Counted from the stretch's first letter, positions 36,022-46,683 are shown. The stretch is DNA of 64,000 nt from a bacterium (GCA_026394195.1 JAPKYS010000023.1:540209-604208); one strand, 5' to 3'. Program-made: numbers and translations. Notes: generated by a model from the sequence alone, not told the origin.

Positions 36022-39000
36022 CACTTCACCACCGCGATCTTGATAAATGCCGTCTCCTTTTGTCCGCCGGCTGAGGCTTCGACTCTGCCAATGTAGACTC
36101 CGGACGATACGCCGTCCAGATTCCAATGCAGTTCGCCTTCAATACCTGCCTCGGAAGAACCCGTAAGCTCCTTAACCAGATCTCCTGAACCATCAAAGAT
36201 GCGGACGGATATTTTCCCGGATTGCCCCATCTTATAACGAATATGGCTGACGTCCGTAGCCGGGTTAGGCCAGGGATAGACTTTGGACTTCACCAGGACA
36301 CTATGATCCGGCGCTGCGACGGTAACCGGGTCATAGGCGATGCTCTGGCGATAATTGCCGTTTAGATAGCCGTTCCAGGGGTGTCGTTGGTCGTCGAAAT
36401 TACCTGATTGATTCAAATGCCAGGCGTACAATATCCCCGAATCATCGACAGCGACGAGTTCAGCTTCCGGGTCATCATCCATGTTGACGACTATGGGAGA
36501 CCATAAAACTGTTCCCGCAGTCGTCTTGGGGAAACCCTTGGCGGTAGAGCTCAATTCTCCACGCGTATCAATCGAACCATCTGGCCAACCGAAAATAACC
36601 CGAAGCTCAGGTGTCAAACCCAGTTCTGAGATTATAGGGTAGCCAAAGATGGAGGTGTTGGTTTTTGACGCATCGATCAACATGGGCCAATTTGCGGCTA
36701 ACACACCATTATTTTGCACGGCAACGATGCGGTTGTCTCCGACGAGGACCAGCTCGAGCCTGCCATCGTTATCCAGATCCGCCGCAATGGGCGCAATCGG
36801 ATTATCTATCCCCGTCGACATAGGAAATCCGGGTCGATAAACACCCGTAGCGGGGTCTAATAAAATGACATTTCCACTTCCGCTGACTACGCCCAGATCG
36901 ATCCGATCTGAAAGGGTATGGATTAGTGTCAGGGGATACCGAGGAATATTAAATGGAAGATTTATTTTCCAGGTAATCTGTAAATCCTGCGTAACCAAAG
37001 CAGCTTGTCCGCTGCTATAAACGATAAAAATAGGCGCATCTACCGTTGTATCGGCCAGACACATACCGCTAACCGTGCCGATGGAATCAAATACTGTGAT
37101 CTGTCCGATAAGGTTCAAACCACTTTGAAAAGCGGCAATTCCGTTTTCCGTGGTTGCGTACCATTTATTATTAATCCCACCCTGCGTAATTAACGGTGTA
37201 CCGTTGTCCAGCCCGGGAACTGAGAGCGAGTCATGTTCAACCATTCCCGTGGAGAGGGTGTATTGAAAACTGTGAGCGTATTCGTCGTTTGAAGTAAAGA
37301 AAGCGATAAAACCATCATCAGTTTGATCGACTGCAGGGATTGAGTTGATTCCACTGATTTTAGCTAAGAGCGTGTCCTGTGTGGTGGTGATCTCACCCAT
37401 CAGGCTGGTATCGGTCCGAGTGGAATAAACCGAACCGATTGAGTGACCGTCAGTATCGAAAAGCTGAATCGCTCCATTAGTGGAAAACACCAGAAGAAAA
37501 TCGATTCGGTTGTCGAGATTAACATCAAGCGGGCAGGGTGGATAAATACTGCCCTCGCCGGCTAATTTTTTGGGGAATCCGACCTGCGCCCAATCGCTCT
37601 TGACCCAGAAGCTCATGACGGAGTCTATTGAAGAAAATCCACCGATCTTCAGACCGGTACTGGAATTGTCCTGCGAGCGCGTCCCCGGATGGGAATCGTC
37701 GTAAAACAGTACGGTGTGGCTCAGCAACTGTGGATTTGCATTCAGAAATTGTTGATTTCCTGCGAAGAAAAAGTCTCCAGCCCATCCGAATTCGGTCCCA
37801 TAACCGACGTCGAGGAAACTGTATCCCTTGCCGATATCAGGAGCGCCGTCTGCTTCAATCAGGGAAACGCCTCTTTTTTCCGGGTCATTATTTACGGTAT
37901 TGGAGGCATAATTCTGATAGATAACCTGATCGTTCACATGCCAGATCAAGATCCCTTCCCCGGGCAGACCAAAATCGTAGTTGTCGACTCGGACGATCAC
38001 CTTAAATCCACTGTCCGCTTCGACGGTGTAATCGTCCTTGATTTTCAGTTTTCTGCCGTCGCGGTCGTAGGCATAGGTATAGCCCAGGGAATCGGGATCC
38101 CAGGACCGGTTCTCGATCAGGTAGTATTCCGATTCGTTGAGATTGAGGCGATAGATCTCATGTTGCGCTGTATCAGTGGGAGTTCCTCGCCCGGTAAGAT
38201 TCACCTTGAAGGTGTCCTCAACGGCAGCAGGCGTGATCAGGAGTGGTTCTTCCCATCCCATGAATACCCTCGACCAGGCACATGGTCTTGATGGGATCAT
38301 TCCGGCAAAGTTGCCGGAACCCTGATCCATCAGATCGAATCGTCCCACGCCGGAAGCCCCGGTTTCGGTATCATAGAGGGCGGGCAAACCGATCCACTGA
38401 GCAAACAGCAGCGTCGCGGTGCCATTCAGGGCGATCTCGACGTCCACTTCAAATTGGCGCTCGGTTTCCGGTAAGAGCATTCCGCCGGTCACAAAAATGT
38501 TGCCTGCGGGAATACCCGGAAAGGTGGGATCATCTAACGACTGACGCAGATCGTCCAGAGTGAAGTAGGCTGAGGGTATGTCATGCGGAGTTTCGTCGAA
38601 ACCGACGGTGAAATCCTGTCCGGTTCCGGCGTGAAAGATGACGAAGGTGTCCCATTGGGTGAAATCGATGCCGGTATCTGCTGCGGCGGCTTTCCAGGAA
38701 TCTTGAAACAGTTCCGCCAGCCGTTTGTCCAGGTCTTCCTTGCCCAGATTGTAGTTGTAATGCCACATCTGGTTGGGCAGCCGGTAGGCGCTGTCAGCTT
38801 GCTGGGGATAGACGGCGAAGGTATCGATGCTTATCTTGCCCTTGGAAACCTCTCCGAAGTAATTCTTCAAGAAGCTGAGGTGATCCTCAAAATAGGCTCT
38901 GTCATGTGGAAGTGGATCTACTGAGGCGGAGGCGGGATACCCGGATTCAAATAGTCCGTTTCCCGTCGTAGTTGAAATGCTGTCCGGTTGGAAATCCACC

Positions 39001-39179
39001 CTGATTGCGAGGATTTTGTAGTGTCGGACCGGGAGTGTCGCCACAGGAAGCGCCTGTCGTCCAGCGTGAAATAGAGCCGGATTCAGCAAGGGGATCTTCC
39101 CGGCGGCAAAAGCAGATGCGGATAGGAAAAGCCCCCAAAGAATGGGGGCAACGAGCCATCTTTTCAGGTTCCGTCGCAC
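36021..39179 (-). CDS. M6/InhA-like domain protein with a degenerate zinc site, FG-GAP/VCBS-like repeats and a T9SS C-terminal sorting domain
   Basis: KILAIRVDFQPD and FVIFHAGTGQD match the M6 domain pattern. LLFAQWIGLPALYDT (38370-38411) sits where HEFGHxLGLPDxYD is expected. FG-GAP-like DLDNDGRLELV and VNMDDDPEAELV. CTD YPWPNPATD...SGVYIGRVEA...KIAVVK. Confidence 0.65.
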   Translation of the reverse strand: MRRNLKRWLVAPILWGLFLSASAFAAGKIPLLNPALFHAGRQALPVATLPVRHYKILAIRVDFQPDSISTTTGNGLFESGYPASASVDPLPHDRAYFEDHLSFLKNYFGEVSKGKISIDTFAVYPQQADSAYRLPNQMWHYNYNLGKEDLDKRLAELFQDSWKAAAADTGIDFTQWDTFVIFHAGTGQDFTVGFDETPHDIPSAYFTLDDLRQSLDDPTFPGIPAGNIFVTGGMLLPETERQFEVDVEIALNGTATLLFAQWIGLPALYDTETGASGVGRFDLMDQGSGNFAGMIPSRPCAWSRVFMGWEEPLLITPAAVEDTFKVNLTGRGTPTDTAQHEIYRLNLNESEYYLIENRSWDPDSLGYTYAYDRDGRKLKIKDDYTVEADSGFKVIVRVDNYDFGLPGEGILIWHVNDQVIYQNYASNTVNNDPEKRGVSLIEADGAPDIGKGYSFLDVGYGTEFGWAGDFFFAGNQQFLNANPQLLSHTVLFYDDSHPGTRSQDNSSTGLKIGGFSSIDSVMSFWVKSDWAQVGFPKKLAGEGSIYPPCPLDVNLDNRIDFLLVFSTNGAIQLFDTDGHSIGSVYSTRTDTSLMGEITTTQDTLLAKISGINSIPAVDQTDDGFIAFFTSNDEYAHSFQYTLSTGMVEHDSLSVPGLDNGTPLITQGGINNKWYATTENGIAAFQSGLNLIGQITVFDSIGTVSGMCLADTTVDAPIFIVYSSGQAALVTQDLQITWKINLPFNIPRYPLTLIHTLSDRIDLGVVSGSGNVILLDPATGVYRPGFPMSTGIDNPIAPIAADLDNDGRLELVLVGDNRIVAVQNNGVLAANWPMLIDASKTNTSIFGYPIISELGLTPELRVIFGWPDGSIDTRGELSSTAKGFPKTTAGTVLWSPIVVNMDDDPEAELVAVDDSGILYAWHLNQSGNFDDQRHPWNGYLNGNYRQSIAYDPVTVAAPDHSVLVKSKVYPWPNPATDVSHIRYKMGQSGKISVRIFDGSGDLVKELTGSSEAGIEGELHWNLDGVSSGVYIGRVEASAGGQKETAFIKIAVVK

Positions 39180-39183
39180 TTAG

Positions 39184-40245
39184 TTATATACCCAGCGTCA
39201 AGGAAAACATCATCGTGTCTGTCAACGGGTGTCCTTCGCCGGCGGAAACGTATCCGAAATCAAAGCGGTAGGACGAATAGGCGAGCGAAAAACCGAAGGT
39301 AATGGGTTTGCGGTCACCCAATTTGTCGTAGTAGTATCCCATCCTCAGACCAACCAGATTCGAATACCAGTACTCGACGCCGAAGTTGGGGATGATTCCG
39401 TCAATTTCGTTCGCAATGGGATTATTGGACCATGCGCTGAAGAGCGCTATGTAGAACGGTACGGCGCGTCCGTCATCGTAGCGATCGACAAGTTCTTTCT
39501 GCGCGTCAAGGTTGAAGATCAACCGGTTGAACTCGTTATCGATCAATTTATAGGAAGCTCCGATGCGGATGGTCATCGGCAAGGGGTCAGCCTGAGCGCG
39601 GTCGATGTAGGAGATCGCCGGACCCATGTTGGTCAGAGTAGCGGCAAGCGAGAGCCCTCTGGTGAACGCTTCACGGTACATTACGCCGACGTCCACAGCA
39701 AGGCTGGTGCCGACGCCGGAACCTTTTTCCGCGCCTGCGCCCTGATCGGACAGGTGGCTGTAGATAAATTTCGCTGCAACCCCAACCCCAAGTTTGTTAT
39801 TGACCGGCGATCCATATGCCCCGGTAAATGCAACGTCATAACTATGGAAATTCCCGGTCACCTGGTTGTTTTCGTCCCGTCCTTCAGTCTCACCATAGTT
39901 GGTGAAGATTACGTTGCCGCCGATGGTGCCCCAATCGGGGACGTGCTGAACGTACGAAAGGAAGCTGTAGTAAAGATCTGACAAGTGAAATTGAGGCAGC
40001 AGGTTCACGTACATCAAAGCGACTTCCTGCCTCTCGATGAACGCCATGCCTGCCGGATTCCACCAGGTCGCCGTGGCATCATCGGCTTGAGCCACGAAGG
40101 CTTCACCCATTCCAGCCGGTCTGGCTCCCGGCACCAATTTCAGAAAGATAACACCTGATTCTGAGGGGCCATCAGCCTGAACCATCACCGGCCAGATCGA
40201 GAGACCAATTAGAATCGCCATCGCAGCAGCCAAACGCCGGATCAT
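39184..40245 (-). CDS. porV: T9SS outer-membrane shuttle protein PorV (PorV/PorQ family)
   Basis: LKLVPGARPAGMGEAFVAQADDATATWWNPAGMAF signature, about 350-aa barrel, immediately downstream of the porU-like gene. Start chosen at MIRRLAAAMAILIG (signal peptide); alternatives are 40278 or 40335. Confidence 0.7.
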   Translation of the reverse strand: MIRRLAAAMAILIGLSIWPVMVQADGPSESGVIFLKLVPGARPAGMGEAFVAQADDATATWWNPAGMAFIERQEVALMYVNLLPQFHLSDLYYSFLSYVQHVPDWGTIGGNVIFTNYGETEGRDENNQVTGNFHSYDVAFTGAYGSPVNNKLGVGVAAKFIYSHLSDQGAGAEKGSGVGTSLAVDVGVMYREAFTRGLSLAATLTNMGPAISYIDRAQADPLPMTIRIGASYKLIDNEFNRLIFNLDAQKELVDRYDDGRAVPFYIALFSAWSNNPIANEIDGIIPNFGVEYWYSNLVGLRMGYYYDKLGDRKPITFGFSLAYSSYRFDFGYVSAGEGHPLTDTMMFSLTLGI

Positions 40246-40489
40246 TTTGCCCCTCCCAAGGGATTTGACATACGTCATGAGATTTGTACGCCTCCAGAAA
40301 CGATTTGAGGACTTGCAACTACATATTAAAATCAAAATAGGGCTGTGAGGTTTCCAACAAATTCACTTTTTTACTGCAAAAGATGCCAAAATTCGGATTC
40401 TGGATAAATCTGGTCGATGTGTCGCTTCACGAAAGAATATTGGCGAGAGGTTGAACGAGTTGGGATCAGCGGTTATGATCGCAATCTCT

Positions 40490-43400
40490 TCATCGCATCA
40501 CGACTAATTTACTGGTTTGTAAAACCTCTTTCCCGGAAATGCCTTTCGCGATCACCTTATAGAGATACACACCGTTGGAAAGCAAATCACCTTCGCTATC
40601 CCGCCCATCCCATTGCAGGTGAGGGTCATCATAGTTAAATGAGGCGTTGCCGGGTATATCCGATAACACCCTGACCATCCTTCCGGCCACGGTGTACACT
40701 TTGATGGTCACCTGGGCAGGTTCGGTCAGGTAGAAAGTGAAACGGGTCTGATCTTTGAAGGGATTTGGGTAGTTCAGCAATTGTGTCAGTTGCAGTTCGC
40801 CCGAGGATAGCAGGTTGAAGACTACTTCCGTAACGCTGGGATTGTTGGCGGCATCCCAGGCGATGGCATGAGCCGTATGCTGACCTGCTGAGAATTCGCC
40901 GGGGGTCAGTTGATATTCAGCTCGACCAGTGGTATGACTATTGAGATAATAACTGAACGAACTGGTCAGGTTGATAGGATTTAGATCGTCGATCGTGACC
41001 ATCAGCGCGTGCCCCACGCTTCCGGTAATGTTCACGCCATTGCTGTCGGCAACTTCAACGTAAAGCACCGATTGTGATCCGACCGGATCTCCGCTGCGGA
41101 ATCCTGGATTATCAAAGTAGACTTTTAGCTGCGGCGGAGTGCTGTCTTGCAGAGCCACGGCGGAAGCTCCGAAAGTGACGCTGTCCACGTATCCTATACC
41201 GTCCGTCACGTCTGAGTAAGCATAGACGGAGACTCGCCCGCCGGATTCCCCGTAGCTGATATCCACCGGCACAATGAAATTGCTGACAAACTGGCCATCC
41301 TGAACGGATACGTCTCCGCGGAAGATCAAATTACCCGGGAGTATGTAGGTTGGAGTCGAAGGCGGTGGACCGTTATTAAAGCCGTAAAACACCGGTATCC
41401 TGACGTCAATTAATTGTAGCCGCGCGACGCCTTGAAAACCGGTGACCGGCAAACCGGATGAGGTGGTCAGTCTGCCACTGACGGCAACCTCGCCAAGCGC
41501 GTTAACGGTATCAACCTGGCTTGAGTCCAGCGCGACTTTCAACTGAGGCATCGCCAAACGCATGTAGGGATCACCCAACAGATGGTACTTTTCGGTATTG
41601 CTGTTGTTGATATAGCCGTTCCCAGGGTTATGAACAAATACGCGAGCTTTTGATCTCATCAGAGCTTCGCCCAACCTTTGACCTGTTTCCTCCCAGAATA
41701 GTTCAGTGTAGAAGTTATTGACAAAAAGCGCGTTAGAGCTGGGTCCCGTCGTGCGCGTTGCAGCAATCGCAGCGATGGCGCCTGCATCCGGCATGGTCAA
41801 CATCACTTCAGGCATGCTCTGACTGAAAGGGCTATCCCAATAAGCCCAATCGCAGGTGGCGGCAAGAAACAGCGGCAAACGGTTTTCGTTGCGCAACAGA
41901 GGAAGATCGCGGCTCTGCAGAAAAACGTGTTCGTGCGTCCAGACGGTGGGATTGCCGTGCCCCATAAAATTGATCAGTAATCTGCCATCGTTGATCGCAT
42001 TGATCAGATCCCTGGTGGCATCGGGTTTCTGTCTTCCTCCTGAGGGATCCCAGACAAGCGGATATTCGGTGAGATAGATCTTTTGTTCATTGAAGAACTT
42101 GGGGACGTAATGTTCAGCCAGATTTTCTGTATATTGAATGTGAAGGGTTTCAGAAGATGAGTATTGCCCATCCTTATACTCATCATCCGCCACGAACGTG
42201 ATCTGATCCCTCCATGGACCGAAATCGGGATTACTTTCGTAACTAATCAAGCGGGAGATAAAGGTATTGACGTCCTCGACTGACCGCGCGGTCCAACGAC
42301 CCGAAGCGACTTCGGGATAGGCATAAGCATCATTAGCTTGGGGAGTAAAATAGGAATACCAATCGTCCGTACATTCCGATCCGGATACATAGGGGATCAC
42401 GAAATTGTCATTCGTTGCAGACAGAGAGTTCTTGTAATCGAAATCACCGTCACCGACAAACAGCACGTACAGCGGCGATACTGCCCAATTATAGATTGGC
42501 AGCGTACTCTTTAAGAAATCCCGAATGGCAGTCGGATCCTGCAATCCCCAGCCATATTCATCGAAGATATCGCTCATGCGAACACGCAAAACTTCTGCCG
42601 GTGTGGGCGCGGAAGTCTCCCGATAATCCTCATAGGCTTTCATGGCATCGTAGAACTCATCAGCGACGATAACGAGAATATCTGCCCCCAAAGTGGAACG
42701 CAGATCAGTATACTCATCTCCACTCCGTTGATCTTTGTTGATCGACTGGGGGGTTAAAAGAGCATTATCATCGCAGGCGATGTAACGTTTCGGAGAGTAT
42801 GTGTGAATTTCATCGGTGAAGCTGGGAGCCTGGATGGTTTTCACGTCGCTGAAGCTGGTTACGTCGAAAATGCGAGGATTGACGAATTGCTGCAAATTGT
42901 ATTGAGCATATCCATCCACAGCAGGACTGATGAAATCTTCCCGTCCCGAACTTGCAGTCAGGCTCCGAGCGTATTCGAGTTCATAATAATCCAAATAGGC
43001 TGCACTGGCTGAAACGTGGTCCAGGCGTAGTGTATTGATCCCATTGTTAAGGGTACCAGGTGAGATATCAATTTCGATCGGCGTTGAGGTATTACTGGAA
43101 CTCAACAACGGCTCATTATTGAGGTAGATGTTGAATAGATGACTGCTGCTATCTCCCGACTGAAGTTTAAGTTTTAGATGCGCGTTGGCAGAGGCATAGA
43201 CATTGCTTAGACTGATGGTAAACGTTCGACTCGACGACCCCGAGAACAAGTCTCCAAACAGGTTGGGCATGTAAACGGGTAGATCGTAGTCATCGTAGAT
43301 TGCGTAATAACTCTTCTCTTCAAAGATATAGGCTCTGGTGTACACTGGATTATTTGTGGGTGTAGTCTGGAGCCCCAACGGTAACATTCTTTTCCCCTGA

Positions 43401-44545
43401 GGACCATTGGAATTGATACTCAGCCAGTAGACATTCGAGTCGGTATATGGGTTGAGATAGTGCTCATATCGCCCTTGTCCGCTATTCCAATTGGGGTTCC
43501 ATTTCCACTCGTTCACCGACTTGCCGTAAAAGATGATTTCGTCATCGGAGTCGAACTGGTTATTTTGGTTCTTATCCAGAACTAAAATGGCATTTTCGAT
43601 CGGACCACTGGGTCTGGGAGTCACTAAATCCTTGGGTAGTTGCTCACCGCCGTTATTGAATATCCTGATGGTGCGAAGATCCAGCCCCTGCGGGTTGATG
43701 CCGGCGCTGACCAGATCCGAATAGGTCAGATGGTACATTCCGCTTTCTGAGGTGCGTATTTTGTAAAAATCCCCTGCGGGCCATGGATCTACCAAATTGG
43801 CTTGCTGGAGTTTCTGGGCTTTCCAATTCCGGGCGACTCCGCTCCAGTTAGCGATCAAACCTCGGTAATAATCATCTTCGATCGGTCTGGGAAAAGACTG
43901 GCTAACTTGCTGTCCACCTTGGAACTCGACCCGGACGTCAATTGAATCCAGAGCAAGCAGACCGCTGTTATTCCCAGCAAACCGGAATGGATAGATCAGA
44001 AGTCTTATGGTGTTAAGGTCCCGATACGTTTGGGGTCCCTGCAACTCCACCCAGGAGCCGGGAAGCGGGCTGGAATTTGAATAATATGCCGGCGATTCGC
44101 GGTAGACCGGAATGACGTTTCCATCCGGGGTAACGGAATCTGCCGGAACGGGCGCGGGTACGTAGGGTAGACTGGCAATTCCGGCCGGAGTACTAACCGT
44201 AAGCCGAGCGGTAGCTTCGGGAGGAATTGCCAGCCAGATCACCCGCACAGGTATCTGTGGCGCTCCTTCCGGGTAGGCGTATGAAGTTCCGAGTACGATG
44301 GGCGAGCGGTACTGGCGTCCGGAGGCGTTGAGGTCGATCCAGGTAACTTCGGGTGTGCGATAACGCAGGTTAATTCCAGATGAGCTATTTTGTAAAATCT
44401 GCACATCTGCGGCAGGACCAGCGGCAGCAAAAGCGGATTTCGCCATCGAGATCAATAAAAAGAGAACGAGAATCCCCATGAGTATCCTCTCAATAGTGAT
44501 TTTTGACCTGATCCGAGAGGGGTTGTTCAGGTATTTTCCCATCAA
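40490..44545 (-). CDS. porU: T9SS C-terminal signal peptidase/sortase PorU (peptidase C25 family)
   Basis: Gingipain-type dyad context: [12 protein letters not shown] (His codon 41957-41959) and [12 protein letters not shown] (Cys codon 41854-41856). Size 1351 aa, own CTD ([16 protein letters not shown]...[10 protein letters not shown]). Followed by porV as in Bacteroidota. The ATG at 44542 is the likely start (the track start is TTG at 44545). Confidence 0.75.
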   Translation of the reverse strand: MMGKYLNNPSRIRSKITIERILMGILVLFLLISMAKSAFAAAGPAADVQILQNSSSGINLRYRTPEVTWIDLNASGRQYRSPIVLGTSYAYPEGAPQIPVRVIWLAIPPEATARLTVSTPAGIASLPYVPAPVPADSVTPDGNVIPVYRESPAYYSNSSPLPGSWVELQGPQTYRDLNTIRLLIYPFRFAGNNSGLLALDSIDVRVEFQGGQQVSQSFPRPIEDDYYRGLIANWSGVARNWKAQKLQQANLVDPWPAGDFYKIRTSESGMYHLTYSDLVSAGINPQGLDLRTIRIFNNGGEQLPKDLVTPRPSGPIENAILVLDKNQNNQFDSDDEIIFYGKSVNEWKWNPNWNSGQGRYEHYLNPYTDSNVYWLSINSNGPQGKRMLPLGLQTTPTNNPVYTRAYIFEEKSYYAIYDDYDLPVYMPNLFGDLFSGSSSRTFTISLSNVYASANAHLKLKLQSGDSSSHLFNIYLNNEPLLSSSNTSTPIEIDISPGTLNNGINTLRLDHVSASAAYLDYYELEYARSLTASSGREDFISPAVDGYAQYNLQQFVNPRIFDVTSFSDVKTIQAPSFTDEIHTYSPKRYIACDDNALLTPQSINKDQRSGDEYTDLRSTLGADILVIVADEFYDAMKAYEDYRETSAPTPAEVLRVRMSDIFDEYGWGLQDPTAIRDFLKSTLPIYNWAVSPLYVLFVGDGDFDYKNSLSATNDNFVIPYVSGSECTDDWYSYFTPQANDAYAYPEVASGRWTARSVEDVNTFISRLISYESNPDFGPWRDQITFVADDEYKDGQYSSSETLHIQYTENLAEHYVPKFFNEQKIYLTEYPLVWDPSGGRQKPDATRDLINAINDGRLLINFMGHGNPTVWTHEHVFLQSRDLPLLRNENRLPLFLAATCDWAYWDSPFSQSMPEVMLTMPDAGAIAAIAATRTTGPSSNALFVNNFYTELFWEETGQRLGEALMRSKARVFVHNPGNGYINNSNTEKYHLLGDPYMRLAMPQLKVALDSSQVDTVNALGEVAVSGRLTTSSGLPVTGFQGVARLQLIDVRIPVFYGFNNGPPPSTPTYILPGNLIFRGDVSVQDGQFVSNFIVPVDISYGESGGRVSVYAYSDVTDGIGYVDSVTFGASAVALQDSTPPQLKVYFDNPGFRSGDPVGSQSVLYVEVADSNGVNITGSVGHALMVTIDDLNPINLTSSFSYYLNSHTTGRAEYQLTPGEFSAGQHTAHAIAWDAANNPSVTEVVFNLLSSGELQLTQLLNYPNPFKDQTRFTFYLTEPAQVTIKVYTVAGRMVRVLSDIPGNASFNYDDPHLQWDGRDSEGDLLSNGVYLYKVIAKGISGKEVLQTSKLVVMR

Positions 44546-44706
44546 AATGACTCCGCCTCTTCGATCAGAAAGTTGGGAATGTCATCCTTGACCGAATATT
44601 TTAATTTACAACTGTTGCAAACCAGTTGGTGCGGATCAGTCTGGTACTCTAAATCGCCTTTGCACTTGGGGCAGGCGAGAATTTCCAACAGTTCCTTACT
44701 CAGCAT
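44542..44706 (-). CDS. Trm112/UPF0434-family small zinc-ribbon protein (54 aa)
   Basis: Below the ORF-track cutoff. My translation is [54 protein letters not shown]. It has CPxC...CxxC and the DxIPxxL tail typical of Trm112/YcaR. The stop TGA overlaps the porU ATG. Confidence 0.72.
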   Translation of the reverse strand: MLSKELLEILACPKCKGDLEYQTDPHQLVCNSCKLKYSVKDDIPNFLIEEAESF

Positions 44707-44829
44707 GTAACCTCCATCGAAGGTATTACGTAGCGCGGCGGGAGGATTATTGATCAGCCGCCGGATATCTATTAGATCAACTCAGCCCCGATGGAAGATG
44801 TTCCGTTTTGATTAGTGTTTATCAGATGG

Positions 44830-45312
44830 TCACACCCGAGCGAACAAGACGACCTTGTTGCTGCCTGACTGTTTGGCGCAGATGGGACAGCTCACGTGCC
44901 AGTAATAGATCGCACTGGGACCGATATGCGTCCGATCTTCTGCGTAAGCGACCAATTCCCCGACGCCCTTCTTGATCCCGCCTAGCGATCCTTTGTAGAC
45001 CCTGGTCAGAATGCGGGCGTTTTCAAAGAAATCGACGTTGGCATCGTATTGGTCAGGATTTTCGATCTCGACCAGTATTCGTCCACTGAAAGATCCGGAA
45101 AGATGAAGGATGATCTCAGGGTTAATCATGGTGTAACCTTTGCGCTCGATTTGATGCTTCATCTCGCTTAGTTTTTTTCCCATCCCAATAGGTTTGCCCA
45201 ACAGATGAGGCACATCCTCAAAGTAGAAATACTTTCCAGTGTAATCCAGATCCTTCATGTGCCAATCCTGATCCTTAATTTTCGGACAGTGGCAGCTTTT
45301 GGGGTCAGTCAT
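44830..45312 (-). CDS. Hypothetical protein with N-terminal CHC and C-terminal CPIC motifs
   Basis: A 160-aa ORF with SCHCPKIKDQDWH and YYWHVSCPICAK. Family not recognised. Confidence 0.5.
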   Translation of the reverse strand: MTDPKSCHCPKIKDQDWHMKDLDYTGKYFYFEDVPHLLGKPIGMGKKLSEMKHQIERKGYTMINPEIILHLSGSFSGRILVEIENPDQYDANVDFFENARILTRVYKGSLGGIKKGVGELVAYAEDRTHIGPSAIYYWHVSCPICAKQSGSNKVVLFARV

Positions 45313-45369
45313 GTTATAGTACTCCCTTATGATAAGGATACCGAATGTATTGAGGTTTTGATTTAATGA

Positions 45370-46683
45370 TTACGATTTTGATTTCTTCTTGAAGGCAACA
45401 CGCAGCGGCACACCTTCAAAACCGAACTCCTGCCGCAGATTTCTTTCCAGAAAGCGACGATAGGAATCGGAAATATCCTGGGGGTGGTTGCAGAAAATGC
45501 CGAAGAGCGGCGGGGTAGTCGAAAGCTGCGTCATGTATTTAATATTTATGTACTTACCCCGCATAGCCGGGGGTGGAGTTTTCTCAATGATTGCCAACAT
45601 TTTGGCATTTAACTGCGAAGTGCTGATCCGCTTGGATCTTTCCTCAAATATGATCTGGCTTGTCTCCAGCGCTTTTAATAGTCTCTGACGCTTCAATGCA
45701 GAGACGAACATGATTGGTAGATGACCATATTCTCCCAACAGGATCTTAAGCTGTTTGCTCCAACTATCCGTAGTACGATGATCCTTCTCGATGAGGTCCC
45801 ATTTATTCATCAAGAGCAGGATGCCTTTTCCTGCAGTATAAGCGTCGGTTATGATGCGCTGATCAGCGCTGACCAACCCAACGGTCGCATCCATAACCAC
45901 CCAGACAACATCGGATCGTTGGATTGCCATGGCGGTGCGCAAGGTGCTGTAAAACTCGACGGCTTCCTTGGTGCGTCCCCTGCGTCTCAACCCGGCAGTA
46001 TCGACTAAGGTAATCGAATTTTTATTGAATTGTATCTGGGTGTCCACCGCATCACGAGTCGTGCCGGGAATTTCCGAGACGACCATGGTATTCCTGCCTG
46101 TCAGAGCATTCACGATGGACGATTTGCCGACATTGGGTCTGCCCAGAATGGCAATTCTCAGCCCGGCGATTTCCGGCTCATCCTCAGTGATGGGAAAATC
46201 GATGATCTGGTCCAGCAGGTCGCCAATACCGCGTCCCCTCATCGCTGAGATGGGAATCGGGCGGCCAAATCCGAGTCGCTCAAAATCTTTGAAGTCAGCT
46301 TCACGGGCGTCATCATCCGCCTTGTTGATCACCGTCAAAACCGGTTTATCAAGCCTCTGCAAATACTTGGCAATGTCGAGATCCAGATCCGTCACGCCCG
46401 TTTCCCAATCAACGAGGAAAAGAATGCGATAAGCTTCATCGGCAGCGAACTGGACCTGCTCTTTCACCGCCTCAAGAAGAGGGTCATCCGTGTGGGGTAG
46501 GAGACCGCCGGTATCGATCAAGGCGAAACGACGTCCGTTCCAATCGCTGACAGCATAGATGCGGTCGCGGGTGATGCCAGGCTTATCGTCGACAATGGCG
46601 TGGCGACGCCCGAGGATCCGATTGAACAAGGAAGATTTGCCGACGTTGGGTCGTCCCAGGACGACGATCGAATGTAACTTCAC
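45370..46683 (-). CDS. der: Ribosome biogenesis GTPase Der (EngA)
   Basis: Two tandem GTPase domains (GRPNVGKSSLFN/DTGG/NKAD and GRPNVGKSSIVN/DTAG/NKWD) plus a KH-like C-terminus. Confidence 0.95.
   Translation of the reverse strand: MKLHSIVVLGRPNVGKSSLFNRILGRRHAIVDDKPGITRDRIYAVSDWNGRRFALIDTGGLLPHTDDPLLEAVKEQVQFAADEAYRILFLVDWETGVTDLDLDIAKYLQRLDKPVLTVINKADDDAREADFKDFERLGFGRPIPISAMRGRGIGDLLDQIIDFPITEDEPEIAGLRIAILGRPNVGKSSIVNALTGRNTMVVSEIPGTTRDAVDTQIQFNKNSITLVDTAGLRRRGRTKEAVEFYSTLRTAMAIQRSDVVWVVMDATVGLVSADQRIITDAYTAGKGILLLMNKWDLIEKDHRTTDSWSKQLKILLGEYGHLPIMFVSALKRQRLLKALETSQIIFEERSKRISTSQLNAKMLAIIEKTPPPAMRGKYINIKYMTQLSTTPPLFGIFCNHPQDISDSYRRFLERNLRQEFGFEGVPLRVAFKKKSKS

Noticed and set aside
32947-36126. 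N-terminal 35-aa extension of the HExxH/PD40 protein (track start 36126)
   Set aside because: The extension (MESGRRIVRSLHWQSRSLSRR...) overlaps the upstream gene by 106 nt and precedes a perfect signal peptide. That peptide starts at the ATG at 36021, which is coupled to the upstream stop.
39229-39981. 250-aa plus-strand ORF
   Set aside because: It is antisense to the PorV-like gene, with no motifs. This is typical shadow-ORF composition in a gene that has a clear family signature on the other strand.
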